This document shows, in pieces, positions 43,305 through 51,231 of a DNA stretch of 64,000 nucleotides; the stretch's first letter is position 1; every line of letters begins with the position of its first letter. A model generated the notes under the pieces. That model was not told the origin of the DNA. It was given only the letters and a program-made list of their open reading frames with translations, and searched no databases. A program made the position numbers and the translations under genes. The stretch comes from Opitutia bacterium (GTDB taxonomy: Bacteria > Verrucomicrobiota > Verrucomicrobiia > Opitutales > Opitutaceae): the NCBI GenBank assembly GCA_947478395.1, contig CANJVR010000001.1:448001-512000 (forward strand), in the 5' to 3' direction.

Positions 43305-45308
43305 ATGGATTTTGCCCTCGACCCAACCTCCGCTCCGCACGGCGTGCCGCCGATCGATTTCCGCAAGGAACTCAACGACGAGCAATTTGCAGCCGTCACC
43401 GCGCCCCCCGGACCGCTGCTCGTCCTGGCCGGCGCTGGCTCGGGCAAAACCCGCACGCTCACCTACCGCGTCGCCTACCTGCTCTCCCAAGGAGTCAGAC
43501 CGGGCGAAATCCTCCTGCTCACGTTCACCAACAAGGCCGCGAAGGAAATGCTCCACCGCGTGCAGGATCTGACTGGCGTCGAACCCGGACGCTTCTGGGG
43601 CGGCACCTTTCACAGCATCGGCCACCGCACGTTGCGCATGCACGGCGAAACCATCGGCCTGCCGCGCACGTTCACCATTCTCGACGCCGATGAATCGGAA
43701 AGTCTCCTGCGCGACGCGGTCGAATCCGCGGACAAGGCTTTCTTCAAAGATAAAACGCATCCACGTCCCGGCCCGTTGCACTCCGTGATCTCGATGGCGC
43801 GCAATACTCAGCTTTCCCTCAGCGAAACCGTCACGCGCTTCTTCCCGCAATACGACACGCTGATCGAGCGTCTCCCGCTCTTCGCCAAAAAATACGCCGA
43901 GGCGAAACGCCAGGCGAACGTCCTCGACTACGACGATCTCCTCGAGTTCTGGCTCGAGCTCCTGAAAAAATCGCCCGAAACCGCCGCCTATTTCTCGCAC
44001 CGGTTTCGCCACGTGCTGGTCGACGAATATCAGGACACCAACACGCTGCAGTCCCAGATCGTCGACGCCATCGGCGCGCACCACCAAGTCATGGCGGTCG
44101 GCGATGACGCGCAGTGCATCTACTCGTGGCGCGGCGCCAATTTCGAAAACATCCTGACTTTTCCCGACCGGCATCCCGGTACGGTGATGCATTACATCGA
44201 GACGAACTATCGCTCGACTCCGCAAATCCTCGCCCTGGCCAACGCCGTGCTGCTCGCGCAACCGAAGGGCCGTCACTTCGACAAGGAGCTGCGCCCGCAT
44301 CGCGCCAACTCCGAGAAACCGTATGTCGTCCAGTCGATGGACAGCCGCGAGCAGGCGCAGTTCATCGTGCAACGCATCCGCGGTCTCACCGACGAAGGCT
44401 GCGCCTTGTCCGACATCGCGATCCTCTACCGCGCACATTTTCAGGCGCTCGACATCCAGCTTGAGCTTTCGCGTCTCCAGATTCCCTACCAGATCACGAG
44501 CGGCGTTCGCTTTTTTGAACAAGCCCACGTGCGCGACCTGATCGCGTTGTTGCGCTTCGTCTACAATCCCTCCGACACGCTCGCCTGGAACCGACTCGTC
44601 GTACTGCTCCCGAAAGTCGGCGACAAGGGCGCGCAAAAAATCTACGCGGCCGCGCTCGACCACGCGAAGTTACTCCAGAAGAACTTCGTCGATGTGCTCG
44701 ATTCCGACGACGTACGTTCGCGCGTACCCAAGGACGCAAAGGAGGAGTGGCCCAAGCTCGTCACATCGCTCCAGCAGGTGGCCGAGGTGATGCGCACGAT
44801 GAAACCTTCGAACGCGATCGAGACGGCGATCGACGGTTGGTACGGCGACTACCTCAAAGGGGCTTTCGCCAACTACGTTTCCCGCCTCGACGACTTGAAA
44901 TCGCTCATCGGTTTCGCGACCCGGTTCGAGGACATGCAGGACATGCTCGCGCAGATCATGCTGCTCAACGGCGAAACCAGCAATCGCTCCGCCGATCCCG
45001 ACGCCGACGCGCTCCGTCTCACAACGGTGCACCAAGCAAAGGGACTCGAATACGCCGCGGTATTTTTAATCGGCCTCGCCGACGGCATGTTTCCCCTGCG
45101 CCGCTCGATCGAGGCCGGTGATGTCGAGGAAGAGCGGCGGCTGTTCTACGTCGCGGTCACGCGTGCGCGCGACGAGCTGTACCTCTGCTGGCCCAAGGTG
45201 AACACGAAAGGCGGCCCCGCGATGCTCATGACCCCCAGTCGTTTTCTGCAGGAAATTCCGGCCGATCTCTACCAGCCGCTGAAGATCAAGCGGAGCTACG
45301 GTTGGTAG
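43305..45308 (+). CDS. UvrD/PcrA family ATP-dependent DNA helicase
   Basis: LAGAGSGKT, TFTNKAA, VDEYQDTN, VGDDAQ, NYRS, TVHQAKGLE, EERRLFYVAVTRA. Confidence 0.95.
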   Translation: MDFALDPTSAPHGVPPIDFRKELNDEQFAAVTAPPGPLLVLAGAGSGKTRTLTYRVAYLLSQGVRPGEILLLTFTNKAAKEMLHRVQDLTGVEPGRFWGGTFHSIGHRTLRMHGETIGLPRTFTILDADESESLLRDAVESADKAFFKDKTHPRPGPLHSVISMARNTQLSLSETVTRFFPQYDTLIERLPLFAKKYAEAKRQANVLDYDDLLEFWLELLKKSPETAAYFSHRFRHVLVDEYQDTNTLQSQIVDAIGAHHQVMAVGDDAQCIYSWRGANFENILTFPDRHPGTVMHYIETNYRSTPQILALANAVLLAQPKGRHFDKELRPHRANSEKPYVVQSMDSREQAQFIVQRIRGLTDEGCALSDIAILYRAHFQALDIQLELSRLQIPYQITSGVRFFEQAHVRDLIALLRFVYNPSDTLAWNRLVVLLPKVGDKGAQKIYAAALDHAKLLQKNFVDVLDSDDVRSRVPKDAKEEWPKLVTSLQQVAEVMRTMKPSNAIETAIDGWYGDYLKGAFANYVSRLDDLKSLIGFATRFEDMQDMLAQIMLLNGETSNRSADPDADALRLTTVHQAKGLEYAAVFLIGLADGMFPLRRSIEAGDVEEERRLFYVAVTRARDELYLCWPKVNTKGGPAMLMTPSRFLQEIPADLYQPLKIKRSYGW

Positions 45309-45412
45309 CGGAACGCGCGAGCGTCTAGTGCTAAACGCCTAAACGTTTCGGCGCGTAAGCTAAGGTGAAATCGAAATGCCTTCGCCTGCTGCTAAACTTG
45401 GTCGGTGACCGC

Positions 45413-45464
45413 GAAGGCCCGTCCGCTTGCGGACGCTCGGGCACACTCAAGCGAGCTGACCCAC
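45413..45464. repeat. REP-like element, second copy of 34583-34634
   Basis: GAAGGCCCGTCCGCTTGCGGACGC...GCGAGCTGACCCAC. Confidence 0.55.
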
Positions 45465-45675
45465 CTTGATTTTAACTCTATTGTGCCGGCTTAAGCTCCC
45501 CACCCGTTCGTCCGCGCCGCGAACTCCTCACGCATCACGACGTGATATTTTTTCAACTCGCCGACCGTGCCGAGGCTCACGAGGCACCCGTCGCGGTAGC
45601 CCGGCACCAGATCTTTGCCCTGTACGGCCGAAATGCGGCCACCCAAATACGCTGCATTTCAGCGACCGTGTGGGC

Positions 45676-47865
45676 TCAGGCTGCAGAAACATTTATGCCC
45701 GGCAGCATCACGGGACTAATTCCGCCCGCGGCCCCCGAGTTGGTGCCATGGCGGGAAGGCGGATCGTCTGCCGCGAAGCGCTCGCCGGGTTCGATCGCAA
45801 CGATCCGGCCCTCGTCCATCCGCACAATCTGATCGGCGATCGCCAGCACCGTGGGATGATGGGCCGCGATGAGGATGGTTTTCCCTTCGTCCCGGAGCGT
45901 TTGGAGCAGCGCAAGAATGGTGGCTTCGGATGCCGGATCGAGAGCGGCCGTCGGTTCATCCAGCAGCAAAATCGGCGCGTCGACGTAAAGGGCGCGGACG
46001 AGAGCCAAGCGCTGACGTTGGCCGCCGGAAAGATTTACGCCGTTCTCGCCCAGATGAGTTAAGAATTTTTGCGGCAGCGTTTCGACGAACTCGAGAATTC
46101 CCACGTCCCGGCACAGGCGGAGCAGGCGTTCCATCTGCGGCTGCGGATCACCCGGCGCGAGGTTTTCGAGGATCGTACCCGACAACAGTACCGTCGCTTG
46201 GGGCACAACTGCGAGATGGCGACGGAGTGAATCGAGCGTGAAATACTGGACATCGATTCCGCCAAGACACACGCGGCCCTGTTCGGGGAGATAGAGTCGT
46301 TGCAGAAGCGCGAGCAGCGTGCTCTTACCGCAGCCAGAATTACCGGCGAGCACGGTGATTCGTCCGACGGGAACGGTGAGGTTGATGTCGCGCAGAGTCG
46401 CAAGTCGGCCGGCGTGATGAAACGAAACCTGTTCAAAGCACAGGTCGCACGCGTGCGCCGGGGTGAACTCAATCGTGCCGGTATTCTTTTCGAGTTCGAG
46501 GTCCATGATTTCGAAGAGCCGGTCCGTGGCGATCAGCGCCTCCTGAATCGAAGTATTGAGACCGATCAACGCAGCGAGCGGACCGGTCAAGTATCCGGCC
46601 AGCGTGTAACATGACATCAATTGCCCCGGCGTAAGGCGCGATTCGAGCACGAGCGAGGCGCCGAGCCACAACAGACCGATCAAATAGGCTTGAGTGAGCA
46701 AGGTGGCAGTGGTGCTGCATCCGAGCGACGCGATGGCCGCGCGATAGGCGGTCTTGAGCAATCGGACGAGGCGGATCTCGGTGCGCAGTTCGGCTGCCTC
46801 CTCGAGACGAAAGCGCCGGAGCGCCGGTTGAGCTTGAAGCGACTCCGTGAGCTGTGCGCTAAAATCGGCGCTGCGCTCCATCAGCTGGCGCTGGTACGTG
46901 CGGTTGCGCAGATTGACGAACCAGTACAGCAGGGCGTTCCCGGGCAGGAGGCCAAGTGAAAGCAGCGCGAGTTTCCATGAATAGAAAAACATGGCCGCGA
47001 TGGCGAAAATCAGGATGAGCGGATTGAGCAGCAGATTGACGAGGGCGTTGTTCAGGAAATTGCGGATCTTAACCGCGTCGCCGACCCGCGACGTGATTTC
47101 ACCGACGCGCATCGTATCGAAAAATGGCTGCGGCAGCCGAAGGAGGTGGCGGTAGTAGCCGAGGATAATCGCCGCATCGATGCGCTGGGCCGTGCGAAGC
47201 GATAACAGTGCTTGGAAAACCCCGAGCACCAGCCTGAACGCCAGCACCACGCCCATCGCCACACCGAGCAAATTGAGCAGCGAGTGGTTTCCATCGGGTA
47301 TGACCGAGTCCACAATTTTTTGCACATAGACCGACATGGCCAGAGCCAGGATGGTCGACAGGATGGCGCCCACCAAAGTTTGGGCGAGGACGGCATGATG
47401 CGGTTGTAGCAACTGCCAAAGGCGTCGCACCGGGGAAACTGTGGCGTCGCCGGGTTGGAAATGATCGCCGGGAGCGAGGATAATGAGCACGCCAGTCCAA
47501 TAGGATTTAAATTTTTCGTGCGACCATTTCTCCACCCGACCGACCGCCGGGTCCATCACTCGCGCGCACTTCGGCGTCCAAGCAACGAGCACCACGTAGT
47601 GCATGCGTTTATTGGCGATCAGGCAGTGCGCGATGGCAGGGCAAGGAGCATGCGGCAAAGCGGTCGCGGCACCCTTCACCGCTTTGGCGATCAGGCCGAA
47701 ATGAACCGCAGCTGCCGTCAAACCGAGCGCGGTAGAACCTTGCATGTTGGTGCCCGCCAGCTGGCGCAGCTTGGCGATCGGCACCGGCTTTCCGTAGTGA
47801 GCGGCGACGTAGCCCAGGCAGCAGGCGCCGCAGTCGGTGACATCACGTTGTTTGAAACGAGACAT
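45676..47865 (-). CDS. Peptidase-containing ABC transporter (C39 + TM + ATPase), double-glycine peptide exporter
   Basis: KQRDVTDCG (catalytic Cys), HYVVL (His), VMDPA (Asp), WTG; Walker A GNSGCGKST, LSGGQRQR, LLDEPT. Confidence 0.93.
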   Translation of the reverse strand: MSRFKQRDVTDCGACCLGYVAAHYGKPVPIAKLRQLAGTNMQGSTALGLTAAAVHFGLIAKAVKGAATALPHAPCPAIAHCLIANKRMHYVVLVAWTPKCARVMDPAVGRVEKWSHEKFKSYWTGVLIILAPGDHFQPGDATVSPVRRLWQLLQPHHAVLAQTLVGAILSTILALAMSVYVQKIVDSVIPDGNHSLLNLLGVAMGVVLAFRLVLGVFQALLSLRTAQRIDAAIILGYYRHLLRLPQPFFDTMRVGEITSRVGDAVKIRNFLNNALVNLLLNPLILIFAIAAMFFYSWKLALLSLGLLPGNALLYWFVNLRNRTYQRQLMERSADFSAQLTESLQAQPALRRFRLEEAAELRTEIRLVRLLKTAYRAAIASLGCSTTATLLTQAYLIGLLWLGASLVLESRLTPGQLMSCYTLAGYLTGPLAALIGLNTSIQEALIATDRLFEIMDLELEKNTGTIEFTPAHACDLCFEQVSFHHAGRLATLRDINLTVPVGRITVLAGNSGCGKSTLLALLQRLYLPEQGRVCLGGIDVQYFTLDSLRRHLAVVPQATVLLSGTILENLAPGDPQPQMERLLRLCRDVGILEFVETLPQKFLTHLGENGVNLSGGQRQRLALVRALYVDAPILLLDEPTAALDPASEATILALLQTLRDEGKTILIAAHHPTVLAIADQIVRMDEGRIVAIEPGERFAADDPPSRHGTNSGAAGGISPVMLPGINVSAA

Positions 47866-48015
47866 GTGATTTTCCGGTTTGGGTTTGGGGATCGGAGCAG
47901 ATCGAAAAAGCAGGGCACGATATCCCTAACGCGCCGTTGCGAGCCGGCTGACGCAAGGAGCGGTGCCTGACCGGCGGGTAAAGGATAACCCGCCCGACCC
48001 TCGGACGATCCGCTT

Positions 48016-48843
48016 TTACGGGCTCATCCGCGCCACACACCAGCCGTCGGGGGCTTGCCACAACCGACGAAGGACCGAACACCGGAACCACACGCCCTCC
48101 GCCGACCTACGCGGCAAGTCGACGCCTTTACGCCACGGGAAAGTATGACTGATGCGTTGGGGATCGACGCCCCAATCAGGCGGCAACTGCGAAAGCGCCT
48201 TCGCGGAAAAAATCAATGCATGGTCGGCAATCGTGCCAAGTTGGTGATAATTTAGCGCAGCAAGGTAGCTCTCATCATCCGAGCAGATCACGCAGATATC
48301 GGCGGTCGAGGTCCGCGCTTGTTTTAACTGGTACATGAAAGGCGGGGCGTACGCGGCGCGGTCGATGAATTTATACCGCGCTTTCAGGAAAGCGTTAAAC
48401 TCCCGCAGCATTTCGTCGAGCGATCCCTTGCTCAGCAGACCGGACGGCGTCGTGGGTGGCGTGAATCGGTAAATAAAATAGTCCATATCCGACAGAAACG
48501 GCTGGTTGCTGGTAACCCGGTAATCCCGATATTTTTCTTCGACGGAATAGATCCCGTTCGGACTCGTGAGCTCCGTCTTCTTTCCCAGCGGGGACACGAC
48601 AAATTTCTTCAACGGCAGATTCGACTGGCTCGTGACTTTTTTTTGCGGTGAGAAGCCGACGAACTGAAACGTCTTTGGGGCGATCGATTTATCAAAGTCC
48701 AGGTATTCGGAATACAACCGATAAAATCCGTACCCCTTCAGGGTTTTACTTTGCACCGCGACCGACTCCATTTGTTCAGCGGGCTCCGTTGCCGCGAGGC
48801 TCACCGATGCAACGATCAAAACTAAACAACAAAGATATTTCAT
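48016..48843 (-). CDS. Hypothetical secreted protein (candidate immunity/accessory protein)
   Basis: Sec-type signal MKYLCCLVLIVASVSLA; visibly more AT-rich than flanks; starts 40 nt after the precursor gene. Confidence 0.7.
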   Translation of the reverse strand: MKYLCCLVLIVASVSLAATEPAEQMESVAVQSKTLKGYGFYRLYSEYLDFDKSIAPKTFQFVGFSPQKKVTSQSNLPLKKFVVSPLGKKTELTSPNGIYSVEEKYRDYRVTSNQPFLSDMDYFIYRFTPPTTPSGLLSKGSLDEMLREFNAFLKARYKFIDRAAYAPPFMYQLKQARTSTADICVICSDDESYLAALNYHQLGTIADHALIFSAKALSQLPPDWGVDPQRISHTFPWRKGVDLPRRSAEGVWFRCSVLRRLWQAPDGWCVARMSP

Positions 48844-48883
48844 GGGGAAAACTCCTGCCTGGGTTGGAGGCAGGAGTGCTGAA

Positions 48884-49117
48884 TCAAGCAGCAAACGTTC
48901 CAGTAAGCGATTTGATTAGGCTCCAGAGGGCCGTTAGGTCCTCTCGCGTGTCCTCGGCGGCCGCAACGATATCTCCGCCCTCACGCAAGACGTTGTAGAG
49001 GAAATCCGCCAGAGAGACGCCAATGAGGACTCCCCAGAAGTCGCCGCCGTTGGTTGCTTGCATTTCGTGCGGGGCGAGTTCGTCGCCCCACATCATGGAT
49101 GGGTGTGTGTTTTTCAT
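48884..49117 (-). CDS. Double-glycine leader peptide precursor B (bacteriocin-like, 77 aa)
   Basis: Leader ...ELAPHEMQATNGG fits L(-12)xxxE(-8)hydrophobic(-7)xxxxGG; 52-aa core; lies between HlyD and the C39 transporter. Confidence 0.82.
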   Translation of the reverse strand: MKNTHPSMMWGDELAPHEMQATNGGDFWGVLIGVSLADFLYNVLREGGDIVAAAEDTREDLTALWSLIKSLTGTFAA

Positions 49118-49186
49118 AACAATCTAGTTTTGGTTTGTTGATATTTCTCCAGCGACATGCCGGAGAAAAGGCGCGTGAGGGTCCGA

Positions 49187-50467
49187 TCACGCCTGCGCTT
49201 GCGGGTTGAGCCAGGCGCTCACGTCCTCGTACAAAATTTGGAGCAGGCTGCGACGTGCGACGACGAACCGGGCCGTCAGCGTCATGCCTTTGCGGAGATG
49301 GCCGACCGGGCCGTTGGGCAGACTGAGCTGCGTGGCACTCGGAATGATGGTGACTTTAAAATTTCCTGAATTGTTCGCCGAGCCCGCCTGCGAATCGGCG
49401 GCGATGGCGGTCACTTCACCCTCGATAAAACCCCATTGAGTGTAGGGAAACGCGTCGACCTGGAGTCGGACGCTTTGCCCGCTGCGGACCAAGCCGACAT
49501 CATGCGGCGAGACCAATGTTTCCACGATCAGCCGGTCGTCAGGTGAAATGACCGCGACGGTCTGCCCAGCCGCCAGCCAGGTTCCCGGCGAAAGACCGCT
49601 GAGACCTTGCACCGCCCCAGTGAGGGGAGCGTTGATCGTAGTCTGGACATGTTCCTCTTCCAATCGCGCGGCTTCAGTTCGAAGCGCATCGAGATTCGAT
49701 TCCTCGTCTTGCAGTCGGGCGCACCATCGGGCCGTGGCCGCTTCCATTAAATTTGATCGTTCAAAATTTGCGGCGACGAGATCATCGCGGGCCTGGTCGA
49801 GGTCGCGCTCAGCCAGCAGACCTTTTAGGGCCAGTGCTTCCGCTCGCGCGAATTCCCGCTCGGACCGCGCGACCGCGCCACCACGATAAGCGGCCTGCGA
49901 TCGGACCGCGTTCGCATCAGCCCGAAGTTCCGCGGTGCGGAGAGCGAGTGACTGCGAGAACAGTTCGATCCGTTCCCGGGCAGTCGGCGAAGACTTGGAC
50001 TTTGGTGAGGCAGCGTCCGCGAAATCGTTCCCGGCCGAAACCATGTGGCCGGACTCCTGATCAGCCGAGTACGGAGCCGCGGATTTTGCCGCACTGAGTT
50101 CCCGCAAATCGGCGATCAATGCGGTTTTGTTTTCGACGCGGGATCGATTGAGCAGCCTTCGCTCCTCCAGATCGCGACTGCGCAAGACCAGGAGGCGCTG
50201 ACCGGCGGCGACGTGATCGTTGTCGTGCGCGAGCACCTGTTCGATTTGGGCGTTGATCGGGACGCGGATTTCCGCGCGCTCGGTCATCGGGCGAACGATT
50301 CCGGCCGCGCGGATGGTGACGTCGACGGTGATTAACGGCAGCGCACCCAGCGCGCAGGCCGTACCCGCCAACGCGAGTTGGTAAATCCACGCCTGCGATT
50401 TCCCGTGGATCGCATGCAGGCTTTCGACGGTATGCGGCGCGAGCGTAGCGGGAAGATAGTTCGTCAT
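49187..50467 (-). CDS. HlyD family membrane fusion (periplasmic adaptor) protein
   Basis: Single N-terminal TM, AAGIVRP, VAAGQRLLVL lipoyl-like motif, coiled coil, INAPLTG, LQVDAFPYTQWG, LRKGMT; start MTNYL. Confidence 0.92.
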   Translation of the reverse strand: MTNYLPATLAPHTVESLHAIHGKSQAWIYQLALAGTACALGALPLITVDVTIRAAGIVRPMTERAEIRVPINAQIEQVLAHDNDHVAAGQRLLVLRSRDLEERRLLNRSRVENKTALIADLRELSAAKSAAPYSADQESGHMVSAGNDFADAASPKSKSSPTARERIELFSQSLALRTAELRADANAVRSQAAYRGGAVARSEREFARAEALALKGLLAERDLDQARDDLVAANFERSNLMEAATARWCARLQDEESNLDALRTEAARLEEEHVQTTINAPLTGAVQGLSGLSPGTWLAAGQTVAVISPDDRLIVETLVSPHDVGLVRSGQSVRLQVDAFPYTQWGFIEGEVTAIAADSQAGSANNSGNFKVTIIPSATQLSLPNGPVGHLRKGMTLTARFVVARRSLLQILYEDVSAWLNPQAQA

Positions 50468-50570
50468 GAGGTGAAAAGCGCGGCGGGTGAAAGGCTGCGG
50501 CACGGCGCAAGGTCGTCCGCTTTGGGTCGATTGGCGGCTGCTGTTAGTCGGCACCAAGAAGGCTGCGTAG

Positions 50571-50641
50571 CCGAATTTCCGAGTCCTAGTAAGCGTGAGC
50601 GTTTTGGAGGATACGGACGAAAGCCTCACGGCTTCCGCTAC
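50571..50641. repeat. REP-like element (inverted copy of 33767-33830)
   Basis: Minus strand GTAGCGGAAGCCGTGAGGCTTTCG...AAAACGCTCACGC...GGAAATTCGG. Confidence 0.6.
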
Positions 50642-50761
50642 GCTGAAATCTTTTATCGATGTCCGCTCCACGGCCGTCGGCCGGGAGCAGAAAGAGTCTA
50701 CGTGAGAACGGAGAGGAGCGGAGACGATAAACGCAACGGGTGGTGCATCGACCTGGTGCGA

Positions 50762-50938
50762 TCAGGCCTCGGAAATGTTGAGCAACCAGATCAGTTCGTT
50801 CACCGACATTCTCCGAGGATTTCGAGTAAGGCTGTAGTCGCGTTGTTCTGCGGCGAAGTAAGTGATCATACCGGGATAGATCTGATCGTCTTCACCGCCG
50901 ACGATAGACTGGGCTTCTGCTGGAGTGATAGGCTGCAT
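50762..50938 (-). CDS. Double-glycine leader peptide precursor A (58 aa; not in the ORF track)
   Basis: Manual translation MQPITPAEAQSIVGG|EDDQIYPGMITYFAAEQRDYSLTRNPRRMSVNELIWLLNISEA*; I(-12), E(-8), I(-4), GG; same strand as and upstream of HlyD. Confidence 0.72.
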   Translation of the reverse strand: MQPITPAEAQSIVGGEDDQIYPGMITYFAAEQRDYSLTRNPRRMSVNELIWLLNISEA

Positions 50939-51231
50939 GATAAGTGGTGTGGTTGAGGGTGCGGACCAAGGTAAGGGCTGACGGGTTGGATTAAGGTTTG
51001 AATCGAGAATTGCGGGACACGTTGGTTGTGCGCCGCACGGGTTTTATCCGCTAGTTTCAGCACGTAATATTTCGGTAACCGCTCGTCTAGATTCAGCATT
51101 CGCCCGTGAGAAATTCTCGCGTATCGACCGGGAAACCTAAGCGCTCGGAAACCCGATGAGTTCAAACCGCCGGCGCGGGGACCAAATCTACGGTCCCATT
51201 CTCGCATTGATGCGCGCGCCAGGCGCTTTCA

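Noticed and set aside
48974..48985. Internal REGG in precursor B as a second cleavage site
   Set aside because: Upstream residues do not fit the leader pattern (no E at -8)
50468..50671. N-terminal extension of the HlyD ORF
   Set aside because: It runs through a REP-like element; the ATG at 50467 gives a normal short N-terminus before the TM helix
50955..50996. AGGGTGCGGACC...TAAGGGCTGACG...GATTAAG, reminiscent of an IS end
   Set aside because: No partner inverted repeat or transposase remnant seen; better explained as the 5' region of precursor A
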